A stretch of 64,000 bases of DNA, taken from assembly GCA_964587565.1 (NCBI GenBank), contig CAZPLK010000001.1:120088-184087 (forward strand), given 5' to 3'. The position numbers were made by a program, and so were the translations under genes. Positions 38,366 to 47,658 of the stretch are shown piece after piece. How positions within the stretch are numbered: position 1 is the first letter of the stretch; every line of letters starts with the position of its first letter. This DNA is from an uncultured Muribaculaceae bacterium. GTDB lineage: Bacteria > Bacillota_I > Bacilli_A > RF39 > UBA660. Below the pieces are notes generated by a model, which was not told the DNA's origin, made no database searches, and was given only the letters and a program-made list of their open reading frames with translations.

Positions 38366-41089
38366 ATGGAATATAAAGATACTTTATTAATGCCAAAAAC
38401 TGAATTTAAAATGAGGGGTAATTTACCAGTTAATGAAAAAATTCAAAGTGAAAAATGGGAAAAAATACAATTATATAATAAAATTATGCACAAAAATGAA
38501 CAAGGTGAACTATTTGTACTACATGATGGACCACCGTATGCTAATGGGGATATTCATATAGGACATGCACTTAACAAAATTTTAAAAGATTTTATTAATA
38601 GATATAAGATGCTAGAAGGATATAAAGTTGTTTATATACCTGGTTGGGATGTTCATGGTTTGCCAATTGAAACAGCAGTAACAAATACAGGTATAAATAG
38701 AAAAGAAATGAATAAAACTGATTTCAGAAAACTTTGTGAAAGTTATGCTAAGAAACAAATTGAAAATCAAAAATTACAATTTAAAGCATTAAATGTAATA
38801 GGAGATTTTGAAAATCCATATATTACAATGTCAAAAGAATATGAAGCAAAACAAATAGAAGTATTTGCAGAAATGGCAAAAAAGGGTCTTATCTTCAAAG
38901 GTTTGCGCCCAGTATATTGGAGTCCAAGTAGTGAATCAGCTTTAGCTGAAGCCGAAATAGAATATAAAGATAGAAGGGATGCGTCTCTTTATGTAACATT
39001 TCCTATTGTTCATGGTAATGAATATGTAGATGAAGGAGATAATTTAGTAATTTGGACAACAACAGCATGGACATTGCCTGGAAATTTAGGTATAGCAGTA
39101 AATAGAGATATTGAATATGCAAAAGTTAGTGCAAATAATAAAAATTATATTATCGCAAAAGAATTACTAAATAAATTAAGTGAATTATTTGATTGGGGAA
39201 AATATGAAATATTACAAACATTTTTAGGAAGTGAACTTGAAAATGTTAAATATAGACATGTTTTTATGGACCGTATATCACCTGTAATATTAGGGGAGCA
39301 TGTCACTATTGAAGCGGGAACAGGATTAGTTCATATTGCACCTGGTTATGGAGCAGAAGATTTTGAAGTAGGCAAAAAATATAACTTAGGTATGATAAAT
39401 GGTGTTAATGATCAAGGTGTATTAAATGAACAATCTGGAAAATACAAAGGTTTATATTTTGAAAAAGCTAATAAAGTAATAGCGGATGATTTGGATAATA
39501 CTGGTCATTTATTAAAGTTAGAAATGATTACGCACTCTTATCCACATGATTGGCGAACAAAAGGACCTGTAATATTTAGGGCAACATCACAATGGTTTTG
39601 CAGTATTGATAAAATACGCGAACAACTATTAGATGAAATCCAAAACAATGTTAACTGGTTGCCTGAGTGGGGTCAATTAAGAATGCATAATATGATCAAA
39701 GATAGAGGTGATTGGTGCATATCACGTCAAAGAGTTTGGGGCGTTCCAATACCTATATTTTATAACGAAGATGGCAGTGAAATAATTGATTATGATGTTA
39801 TGATGCATATTGCTAAATTATTTAAAAAGCATGGCTCAAATATTTGGTTTTCTAAATCTGCAAAAGAATTATTACCACAAGGTTATTCTAATCCAGCAAG
39901 TCCAAATGGTGAATTTAAAAAAGAAGAGGATATTATGGATGTTTGGTTTGATTCTGGTTCTAGTCACACTGGAGTTTTAATAAATCGTAATTTAAATTAT
40001 CCAGCAGATATATATATAGAAGGATCAGATCAATATCGTGGTTGGTTTAACTCATCATTAATTTGTGGTGTTTCTGTTCACGGAAAAGCACCATATAAAA
40101 AAGTTATATCTCATGGGTTTGTATTAGATGGAAAAGGTCATAAAATGAGCAAAAGCTTAGGAAATGTTATTGATCCATTAAAAATGATAAAAAGAGATGG
40201 TTCTGACATATTAAGGCTTTGGGTAGCGAGTGTTGATTATAAAGAAGATGTAAGAATTAGTGATAACTTGATTAATCAAGTAAAAGAAAGCTATCGTAAA
40301 ATTAGAAATACCTATCGCTTTATGTTAGGAAATTTATTTGATTTTGATCCAAATACAAATAAAATAGAATTTAATAACATGCCATATTATGATCAATATA
40401 TAATGGTGAAACTAAATGAACTTATTAAAGATATAAAAAATGCATATGAACAATATAACTTTCAAGAAGTATATAGATTATCTAATAATTTTATTACATT
40501 TATGTTATCTAACTTTTATTTGGATTTTACTAAAGATATTTTATATATTGAAAAACAAGATAGTTTAAAAAGACGTAGTGTCCAAACAGTGCTATATGAA
40601 ACGTTAAGTTCTTTAATAAGATTATTAGCACCTATATTACCTTATACGAGTGAAGAAGTATACGCCTTAATGCCTAGTCCAAAATTAGAAAGTGTTCATT
40701 TAGAAAATAATCCTATTGTTAAAAATTATGCGAATAGTGAGGAAATATTGAAAGAATGGAAAATATTTTTTGATATTAAAGATGATGTTTATAAAGCATT
40801 AGAAGAAGCTAGAAACGAAAAATTAATTGGTAAAGGATTAGAAGCAAAGGTGTATATTAATGCTTCGGGAAAACATTTAGAAATTATTGAAAAAATAAAA
40901 GACGATTTAAAATTATTACTAATTGTATCTGAAGTAGTTATTACAGATGAATCATTAAAAAAATATGACACAATAGGCGTTAGGGTTGAACGTTTTGAAG
41001 GTGAAAAATGTGAAAGATGTTGGAATTATTTTACTGATGACAATATGGTAAAAGAAATTTGCAAGCGCTGTTTTGAGGTGATAAATTAA
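38366..41089 (+). CDS. ileS: Isoleucine-tRNA ligase
   Basis: ATG 38366 follows an AAGGAGAG SD; the track start at 38300 lies inside the T-box. HIGH (GDIHIGHALNK), KMSKS, and a C-terminal zinc motif (CERC...CKRC). Confidence 0.95.
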   Translation: MEYKDTLLMPKTEFKMRGNLPVNEKIQSEKWEKIQLYNKIMHKNEQGELFVLHDGPPYANGDIHIGHALNKILKDFINRYKMLEGYKVVYIPGWDVHGLPIETAVTNTGINRKEMNKTDFRKLCESYAKKQIENQKLQFKALNVIGDFENPYITMSKEYEAKQIEVFAEMAKKGLIFKGLRPVYWSPSSESALAEAEIEYKDRRDASLYVTFPIVHGNEYVDEGDNLVIWTTTAWTLPGNLGIAVNRDIEYAKVSANNKNYIIAKELLNKLSELFDWGKYEILQTFLGSELENVKYRHVFMDRISPVILGEHVTIEAGTGLVHIAPGYGAEDFEVGKKYNLGMINGVNDQGVLNEQSGKYKGLYFEKANKVIADDLDNTGHLLKLEMITHSYPHDWRTKGPVIFRATSQWFCSIDKIREQLLDEIQNNVNWLPEWGQLRMHNMIKDRGDWCISRQRVWGVPIPIFYNEDGSEIIDYDVMMHIAKLFKKHGSNIWFSKSAKELLPQGYSNPASPNGEFKKEEDIMDVWFDSGSSHTGVLINRNLNYPADIYIEGSDQYRGWFNSSLICGVSVHGKAPYKKVISHGFVLDGKGHKMSKSLGNVIDPLKMIKRDGSDILRLWVASVDYKEDVRISDNLINQVKESYRKIRNTYRFMLGNLFDFDPNTNKIEFNNMPYYDQYIMVKLNELIKDIKNAYEQYNFQEVYRLSNNFITFMLSNFYLDFTKDILYIEKQDSLKRRSVQTVLYETLSSLIRLLAPILPYTSEEVYALMPSPKLESVHLENNPIVKNYANSEEILKEWKIFFDIKDDVYKALEEARNEKLIGKGLEAKVYINASGKHLEIIEKIKDDLKLLLIVSEVVITDESLKKYDTIGVRVERFEGEKCERCWNYFTDDNMVKEICKRCFEVIN

Positions 41090-41117
41090 AAAGTATATTT
41101 AAAATATACTTTTTTTG
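41088..41117 (+). terminator. Rho-independent terminator after ileS
   Basis: AAAGTATATTT / AAATATACTTT palindrome followed by a T run. Confidence 0.6.
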
Positions 41118-41155
41118 TCAAATTGTGTTATAATTTAATATATAGGAGTGACTTA

Positions 41156-42205
41156 ATGATGTGTAATAATAAAGGATTTACATTAATCGAATTATTAGCA
41201 GTAATAGTAATACTTGCAATCATCATGTTAATCACAACACCAACAGTATTAAATATAATAGAAAATGCAAGGGTCGAATCATTTAAAACATCCGTTTATG
41301 GAATAATAAACACTGTTGAACAAAGTTATGCCAAAGAAACTCTAACAAAATCTTTTCCAACGGTAGTAACATACATATATAAAAATGGGAAAGAGATATC
41401 TAGTAATAAAAAGGAGTTAAAATTTAAAGGCAAAAAACCTGAATCAGGAATGATTATAATAAATAATAATGGTGTAGTTTCATTAGCTTTATACAATAGA
41501 GTATATTGCGCAGTTAAAGATAGTACAACTAACGAGGTAGAGGTTGAAAAAACATCAAGTTCAGAGTGTGAGTTATCATATCCATGTGGGACTGATTTAT
41601 TTGATTTTCGGGATGGGGAATTATATAGAACACTAAAAATAGGAGATCAGTGTTGGATGGCCGAAGATTTAAGATATGATTGCTCCAAATCCGGGTATAA
41701 CAATATTGGTTCCGCAAATAGTTGGAGTGGAAGTAATAATTGTGGTGATGGCGAATATAATACAATTTTATACCAGTGGCCAGTTGCTATGGATGGAAGT
41801 ACAGAAGAGAGTTCACAGGGCTTATGTCCAAGTGGTTGGCATATACCTAGTGATGATGAGTGGAAAAAGTTGGAACAACATCTAGGTATGACAGTGGACG
41901 AAGTTAATAAACCAGATTGGAGAGGTAATGATCAAGGTGATCAATTAAAATCCCTTCAATATAATTGGTGTTTAGAAGCAAACAGTTGTGGCACTTCGGG
42001 ATTCGACGCTATGCCAGTGGGCGGAAGGCAAATAGATGGTAAGTTTTATAATGTAGATTCAACTAGTTATTGGTGGACATCCACCATTTCAGATACATCA
42101 GCCTGGGTAAGACGAATTAATAATATAAATACTAATATTTATAGAAACAATCCAACCCAATTGTATGGTAGAGGAGTGCGTTGCATTATAAATATAAATA
42201 ATTAA
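41156..42205 (+). CDS. Type IV pilin-like protein fused to a FISUMP (TIGR02145-like) lectin-fold domain
   Basis: Own TGtTATAAT promoter (41126-41134). Class III signal MMCNNKG|FTLIELLAVIVILAII with Glu at +5. C-terminal FRDGELYRTLKIGDQCWMAEDL...CPSGWHIPSDDEWKKL...YWWTST...GRGVRCI matches the Fibrobacter succinogenes major paralogous domain pattern. Confidence 0.75.
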   Translation: MMCNNKGFTLIELLAVIVILAIIMLITTPTVLNIIENARVESFKTSVYGIINTVEQSYAKETLTKSFPTVVTYIYKNGKEISSNKKELKFKGKKPESGMIIINNNGVVSLALYNRVYCAVKDSTTNEVEVEKTSSSECELSYPCGTDLFDFRDGELYRTLKIGDQCWMAEDLRYDCSKSGYNNIGSANSWSGSNNCGDGEYNTILYQWPVAMDGSTEESSQGLCPSGWHIPSDDEWKKLEQHLGMTVDEVNKPDWRGNDQGDQLKSLQYNWCLEANSCGTSGFDAMPVGGRQIDGKFYNVDSTSYWWTSTISDTSAWVRRINNINTNIYRNNPTQLYGRGVRCIININN

Positions 42206-42287
42206 ATGTTCCACATAATTACTTTTTGTAAATGTATAATAATAATTTATTGTGTTTAATGAAAAAAACTATATTTAATAATTACAA

Positions 42288-42326
42288 TAAACCAAGTGAA
42301 ATAATTTCATTTGGTTTATTTTTTTT
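42288..42326 (+). terminator. Rho-independent terminator
   Basis: AAACCAAGTGAAA / TTTCATTTGGTTT stem (one G-U pair) followed by aT9. Confidence 0.7.
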
Positions 42327-42424
42327 CAAACATTATTAATAATATGGTTTTTTATCAATATATTAAAAATTTATTTACATTTATTTTAATACGTAATTAC
42401 ATATAATCTAATAGGAGTGATTTT

Positions 42425-43123
42425 ATGATTTTAAAATTTTTAAAAAAATTGTTTAAAGATTTTTATTTATTAACAGCATCATATTCAAATAAGGTTTTTC
42501 CAGAACCACTACCTAGGGATGAGGAAGCAATATACATTAAAAAAGCTAAAGAAGGAGATATGAATGCAAGAAGTAAATTAATAGAACACAACTTGCGTTT
42601 AGTAGCACACATAGTTAAAAAATATGATTATAACAGAGATGAATTAGATGATTTGATAAGTATTGGTACAATCGGACTTATAAAAGGAATTGATAGTTAC
42701 TCAGAAAAACACGGTACTAGAATAACTACATATTGTGCCAGATGTATAGAAAATGAAATACTAATGCATTTTAGAGGTGATAAGAAAAACAACAGAAATA
42801 TGAGTATTAATGAATCAATCGGATATGACAAAGATGGAAATGAAATTACTTTTTTAGATATTTTAAAAACACCTAAACCAGATTATGCTCTAGAAATTCA
42901 TAAAAAAGATAATATACAATTATTAAAAAAATATTTTAATGTATTAACTGAACGTGAACAAGATATAGTAATAAAAAGATATGGTTTAAATAATACAAAA
43001 GAAATAACACAAAAAGATATAGCAGAAGAACTAGGAATATCAAGAAGTTATGTTTCTAGAATAGAAAAAAGAGCGCTAACTAAAATTTTAAGAGAATTTT
43101 TAAAAAATGATATGGATATATAA
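42425..43123 (+). CDS. sigK: Pro-sigma-K, uninterrupted
   Basis: The pro-sequence junction ...LLTA|SYSNKVFPEPLPRDEE parallels B. subtilis ...FLV|SYVKNNAFPQPLSSSEE. Also IEHNLRLVAHIVKKY, ISIGTIGLIKG and GISRSYVSRIEKRAL. Confidence 0.85.
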   Translation: MILKFLKKLFKDFYLLTASYSNKVFPEPLPRDEEAIYIKKAKEGDMNARSKLIEHNLRLVAHIVKKYDYNRDELDDLISIGTIGLIKGIDSYSEKHGTRITTYCARCIENEILMHFRGDKKNNRNMSINESIGYDKDGNEITFLDILKTPKPDYALEIHKKDNIQLLKKYFNVLTEREQDIVIKRYGLNNTKEITQKDIAEELGISRSYVSRIEKRALTKILREFLKNDMDI

Positions 43124-43185
43124 AAAATATATAATTCTTTTGTTTGGGTGTTAAAATAAAAAAGCTACAACTCAAATCTTAGTAC

Positions 43186-43214
43186 TTGACAATGTAAGAT
43201 ACTTGGGATACAAT
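43186..43214 (+). promoter_or_regulatory. SigmaA-type promoter of the padR operon
   Basis: TTGACA (43186-43191), 17-nt spacer, TACAAT (43209-43214). Confidence 0.6.
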
Positions 43215-43230
43215 TATATTGAGGTGAGTT

Positions 43231-43554
43231 ATGAATATACAATTTAAAAAAGGTGTATTAGAATTAATAGTGTTAGTATCAGTAAGTGAAAAGGATATGT
43301 ACGGCTATGAATTAATTGCACTCGTATCTGAAATAATAGATATAAACGAAGGAAGTATATATCCATTATTAAAAAGAATGACAAATGAAAAATATTTTGA
43401 TACTTATTTAGCAGAATCAAACGAGGGGCCACCTAGAAAGTATTATAAAATAACTAATCTTGGGAAAGAAAGAATGGTTGATTTAGTAGAAGCTTGGAAA
43501 ACATTTTCAACATCTGTTAATGCGTTTATAGAAGGGAGCAATATAAATGAATAA
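43231..43554 (+). CDS. PadR-family transcriptional regulator
   Basis: 107-aa winged helix. MYGYELI, GSIYPLLKRM and PRKYYKIT motifs. Confidence 0.85.
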   Translation: MNIQFKKGVLELIVLVSVSEKDMYGYELIALVSEIIDINEGSIYPLLKRMTNEKYFDTYLAESNEGPPRKYYKITNLGKERMVDLVEAWKTFSTSVNAFIEGSNINE

Positions 43555-44890
43555 AAAGCAATTTTTAAATATATTAAAAGAAAAATTATCAATCTTAAAT
43601 AAAGATGAAAAACAAGATATTATTAACGAATATAGTGACATAATCGATGAAAAAATTAAAAATGGAAAAAGTGTTAAAGAAGCTATAAATGATTTTGGAG
43701 ATATAGATGAATTAACAACAGAAATATTAAAAGCTTATAAAATAGATCCTAGTTATAATTCTTTCAAAAGTAAAGAAGAAATGGGTTTTTTTGAAGGTAT
43801 AGAAATAGCAATCAATGTTATTGCAACTAAAATGGCTGAAATAACCAAAAAAACAATTGAAAAAATTCAAAATTATGATAATGATATTACAATTGAAAAA
43901 GTATTTGAAATAATAATAAAATTTTTCATATTAATGATCATTATAATGATACTTAAAATACCTTTCCATATATTACAAGAAATAGGTATTGGGATTTTAC
44001 ATTTTGGAAATAATCCAATTTCACAAATGATTAAATTTTTATGGAAAACTTTTGTTTGGGCAATATACTTTATCTCTTGTTTTGTTTTATTATTTATATT
44101 TTTTAAAACTCAATTAGATAAATCAACTAATAATAACGAAGTGAAAATTCCAAAAGATTTAGAAATCAAAAAAAAAGAAAAAGAAAAACAACAACAAAAT
44201 AAAAAAGAATCATTTTTAAAAACAGTAGTAATCATATTTTTGACAGTACCAATAGTTTTAATAAATATACCCTTATATGTTGCACTATCTGTAATAATAT
44301 ACGCGTTAATTAAAGGCATTAGTATATATGGATTATTAATGGTATTTTTAGGCCTAATTATAATATTTAGTAATTTATATAATATGGTTATATCAATTTT
44401 CCACAATAAAAATAAAATATATTTGTTTCCCTATATAGTTGGAATGATATTAATTATAATTGGTAGTTTGTTCACATTTGAATATATAAATAAAATCACA
44501 TATTATGATAAATTGCCTGAAACAAACTTAACTATTGAAACGGATATATATAAAGATAAAATAAAAGGTAAATTAATAATTCAACATGATAACAGCAGAA
44601 CTACTTTAAAAGTTGATAATAGTATGAAGGATAATGAAATTAAAATAGTTACTAAATATTATGATGGCTATGTAGATTTTTCTAAAAATATATATTTTAA
44701 TGAAACTTCTAATATCGCGTATTTGAATTTTCATTATAAGGATACAAGCCCCAAATATAAAGATTTAATTCATGTAATAATTAATAACTTAAAAGATAAT
44801 AAAATATATAACTATTCTCAAATATATAAATTATTTGTTGAAGTACATGGTAATGATAATACATTAAAAAATGTAAAGGTGGATTGGTAA
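43547..44890 (+). CDS. DUF1700 (HAAS)-type membrane protein with an extended C-terminal extracytoplasmic domain
   Basis: N-terminal MNKKQFLNILKEKLSILNKDEKQDIINEYSDIIDEK matches the DUF1700 partner of PadR regulators. Several TM helices. Overlaps the padR stop. Confidence 0.7.
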   Translation: MNKKQFLNILKEKLSILNKDEKQDIINEYSDIIDEKIKNGKSVKEAINDFGDIDELTTEILKAYKIDPSYNSFKSKEEMGFFEGIEIAINVIATKMAEITKKTIEKIQNYDNDITIEKVFEIIIKFFILMIIIMILKIPFHILQEIGIGILHFGNNPISQMIKFLWKTFVWAIYFISCFVLLFIFFKTQLDKSTNNNEVKIPKDLEIKKKEKEKQQQNKKESFLKTVVIIFLTVPIVLINIPLYVALSVIIYALIKGISIYGLLMVFLGLIIIFSNLYNMVISIFHNKNKIYLFPYIVGMILIIIGSLFTFEYINKITYYDKLPETNLTIETDIYKDKIKGKLIIQHDNSRTTLKVDNSMKDNEIKIVTKYYDGYVDFSKNIYFNETSNIAYLNFHYKDTSPKYKDLIHVIINNLKDNKIYNYSQIYKLFVEVHGNDNTLKNVKVDW

Positions 44891-44955
44891 AACAATTCAC
44901 CTTTTTTAAAAGGAAAAACATATAAATTACCATATATTATTTATGAGGTGATTTT

Positions 44956-46482
44956 ATGAGAAGATTTTTAATGTTTATACTAATGATATTATTATTTAGA
45001 AATAATGTGAATGCAAAAGAAGAGGTGTATTATTCAGATTACAGTGATTTCGGAGAATATACTGAACAAAAAATATTGGGAAGTGATGTTATTGATGTTA
45101 AAGAAGTTTATAAATACAAGTATTATAAAGAAGTCAAAGAATTTGGCGATTATTATATAGAAGGGCATAACGAAGAACAATTTCCTTATATTGATAGAAG
45201 TGATTTTATAATTAGTGATTACACACCTTTTAGTGATGAAAAACCATTAGAAGAAAAGGGACGTGAGCTTAAAACAAGAAATGTTTATCATTATTCAAAT
45301 ATGAAAAAAATAAGATATATTCATTTAACAGACTTTTGGGGTACTCGTGATCAATTAAACATCAATGAAATTATTATAAGATCGAATAGTGAATATTTAC
45401 CATATAATTTATATTGCGAAGGATGCAGTGAAGGATTTTATGAAAAAGTTAGTAATAAAGAAGTCAAAACTGAAAATTCATATGTTTTACATGGTGGTTA
45501 CATTAGGATTGATTTAAGAAATTATTATGATTTATCTGATTTAGAAATTAGAATTTATATTACTGATTTAGGAACGAGTGAAAAAGGGTTTCAAATAAGC
45601 ACAAGTCGGGAACAAGATTTAAACCATAAAATTTTTAATACAATAAAGGAAAGGCAATTTTTCACTAATGAAAATATTTCCGATTTTAAAACTGTTGTTT
45701 ATAAACTTGATCAATTACAGTGGGTTGAACCAGAATGGGAAGAAACACTAAAAACTTACGACGAGATGCTTCCTTCAAGTACGAGAATGGTTGACAAAAA
45801 AGAAGAATATAGTTATAGAGATACTTACTATAAATATTATAATTTAAACAAAAAATATGCCGATGGTTATTATTTGGATTCGCCCATTGATTATCCTCTA
45901 AAAGATGTTGATTATAAAAAAACTTATTACCAATTCAGGGAAAGAGATAAAGTGGTAATTTCATCGTCAATTATTATAAGTGATAAAAACCAAAAATTGG
46001 AAGAGTTTATTATATCAAATTCAACAAATAAATATATAGTTAATAGTAATATAAACTATAATAAAAATGGTAAATATACTGCTTTATATGAATTCCCATT
46101 TATTACTGTAGAAAAGGAAATAATTGTCGATATTCCTAATAATCATAATGAAAACACCAAAAATATTAATACTAGTAAAGTTGTTAATCAAGAACTAAAA
46201 AATCTTAATAAAAATGAAGGAGGTAATCATACAAATAAAGTTAAATTACAAAATAAAGAAACCATCGATAATAATGAAATAAAAGTTAACATTCCAAGTA
46301 TTGAAAAAACAGATACAATAAACATAACAAAACCAATCGCTCAAACGAATGTAAAAGAACAATTAAAAATTGAAGATAAAGAAAAAGTAAATAAAAATTA
46401 TTTGTTAGTTCCATTGTCAATAATAATTATTATTACTGCAATACAAATAATAAAATTAAGCACAAATCAAAAAAAGTCGTAA
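44956..46482 (+). CDS. Secreted Tyr/Lys-rich surface protein with a C-terminal TM anchor, unknown family
   Basis: Signal peptide ending NVNA|KEE. C-terminal helix LLVPLSIIIIITAIQIIKL followed by a basic tail. Recurrent Y-x-Y-(K/R)-x-x-Y-Y-K motifs. Confidence 0.55.
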   Translation: MRRFLMFILMILLFRNNVNAKEEVYYSDYSDFGEYTEQKILGSDVIDVKEVYKYKYYKEVKEFGDYYIEGHNEEQFPYIDRSDFIISDYTPFSDEKPLEEKGRELKTRNVYHYSNMKKIRYIHLTDFWGTRDQLNINEIIIRSNSEYLPYNLYCEGCSEGFYEKVSNKEVKTENSYVLHGGYIRIDLRNYYDLSDLEIRIYITDLGTSEKGFQISTSREQDLNHKIFNTIKERQFFTNENISDFKTVVYKLDQLQWVEPEWEETLKTYDEMLPSSTRMVDKKEEYSYRDTYYKYYNLNKKYADGYYLDSPIDYPLKDVDYKKTYYQFRERDKVVISSSIIISDKNQKLEEFIISNSTNKYIVNSNINYNKNGKYTALYEFPFITVEKEIIVDIPNNHNENTKNINTSKVVNQELKNLNKNEGGNHTNKVKLQNKETIDNNEIKVNIPSIEKTDTINITKPIAQTNVKEQLKIEDKEKVNKNYLLVPLSIIIIITAIQIIKLSTNQKKS

Positions 46483-46497
46483 TAAATATAATTCTAG

Positions 46498-46528
46498 TTT
46501 TGTCGAAATTGTATAAGATTAATATGAT
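46498..46528 (+). promoter_or_regulatory. Candidate Spo0A box and promoter of the spoIIA-like operon
   Basis: TGTCGAA (46501-46507) sits within TTTTGTCGAAA, the same 11-mer found at 27558-27568. TTGTCG, 17-nt spacer, TATGAT (46523-46528). Confidence 0.45.
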
Positions 46529-46556
46529 GTGTGCTAAATTATTGTAACGAGGTGAT

Positions 46557-46952
46557 ATTATTTTAAATATTAGCACTGAATGCCATAAAGGCGTGTTTTT
46601 TGTAAGACTAATTGGTCAATTAACTAAAGATACTGTTACTAAACTAAATGATGAAGTTACAATGTTAGTTTTAGATAATGGTATTAAAAATGTAGTTTTT
46701 AACATCGAAAAATTAAAAGTAATTGATATGATTGGAATAAATGCATTATTGTATAATTATGAAATAATAAAAAACAATAAAGGATATGGTTGTTTGTGTG
46801 GGTTAGAAAATAATTTAGTAAGACAAAGAATAGAAAATAGCAGGTTATTAAAATATATGTATGAAACGAGCGATGAAATTGGTGCTTTAAATATAATTAA
46901 TTTACATAAGGAGCAAAGTTATGACAGAAAATATAACAGCAATAATCGATGA
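46557..46952 (+). CDS. spoIIAA: SpoIIAA-like STAS protein (anti-sigma-F antagonist homologue) lacking the phospho-serine
   Basis: Aligns by eye with B. subtilis SpoIIAA (VFFVRLIGQLTKDTVTKLNDEV vs [22 protein letters not shown]). The frame is open from 46548. The GAGGTGAT SD (46549-46556) suggests a non-ATG start (ATT 46557/46560); the track start GTG 46593 would truncate beta-1. Confidence 0.65.
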   Translation: MILNISTECHKGVFFVRLIGQLTKDTVTKLNDEVTMLVLDNGIKNVVFNIEKLKVIDMIGINALLYNYEIIKNNKGYGCLCGLENNLVRQRIENSRLLKYMYETSDEIGALNIINLHKEQSYDRKYNSNNR

Positions 46953-47589
46953 AAATAAAAATTTAATATACTCAATATCTCATTATTTTAAAAATTACCC
47001 TAATAAAGAAGACTTGTTTCAAGTAGGATGTATAGGGGTAATTAATGCATATAAAAATTTTAACAATAATTTAGGTGTTAAATTTACGACTTATGCATAT
47101 CCTTATATATTAGGTGAAATGAAAAGATATGTAAACTATGATCGTGGTATAAAAATTAGTAGAAAAATATTATCATTAAACTTGAGAATAGAAAAAGCAA
47201 AAGCATTATTAACACAAAAGCTTATGAGAGAGCCTACAATAGAAGAAGTTGCGAATTTTTTAAATGTTTCAGAAGATTTGATTATTCAATCATTAAATAG
47301 CATTTTAACTATAAATAGCTTTGATGAACCGATTACTGCTAGTGATGGTAAAGATTTAAATTTATATGATGTTGTAAGTTCGATTGATAATTTGGATTAT
47401 GATAGTTTAATAATGCTGAAAAAGGAACTAAACAAATTAAATGAATGTGACAAAAACATTATAAAAATGCGTTATTTTGATGATTTAACTCAAACTGAAA
47501 CAGCAAATATACTTGGAATAAATCAAGTTCAAGTTTCAAGAAAAGAACAAAAAATCTTACAAAAGTTAAGAACAGAACTTATTAATTAA
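46921..47589 (+). CDS. sigF: Sporulation sigma factor of the SigF/SigG family (SigF by synteny)
   Basis: DLFQVGCIGVINAYKNF, FTTYAYPYILGEMKRY and GINQVQVSRKEQKIL compare with B. subtilis DLFQIGCIGLLKS / GISQVQVSRLEKKIL. It lies between spoIIAA and spoVA. Confidence 0.8.
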   Translation: MTENITAIIDENKNLIYSISHYFKNYPNKEDLFQVGCIGVINAYKNFNNNLGVKFTTYAYPYILGEMKRYVNYDRGIKISRKILSLNLRIEKAKALLTQKLMREPTIEEVANFLNVSEDLIIQSLNSILTINSFDEPITASDGKDLNLYDVVSSIDNLDYDSLIMLKKELNKLNECDKNIIKMRYFDDLTQTETANILGINQVQVSRKEQKILQKLRTELIN

Positions 47590-47613
47590 AACTACTTATT
47601 AAAGTAGTTTTTT
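47589..47613 (+). terminator. Rho-independent terminator after sigF
   Basis: AAACTACTT-atta-AAGTAGTTT followed by TTT. Confidence 0.65.
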
Positions 47614-47642
47614 GTATATTAAAAATTATATATTACATAATA
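47614..47642 (+). promoter_or_regulatory. SigmaG/F-type forespore promoter of the spoVA operon
   Basis: GTATA (47614-47618), 17-nt spacer, CATAATA (47636-47642). This fits the sigmaG consensus GHATR-N17/18-CATxHTA. Confidence 0.55.
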
Positions 47643-47658
47643 ATATTGGAGGTAATTT

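Noticed and set aside
41676-41885. Alternative-frame + ORFs inside the pilin-like genes (41676-41885, 52626-52838).
   Set aside because: They are embedded in frames with strong domain signatures. They have no SD and no independent evidence.
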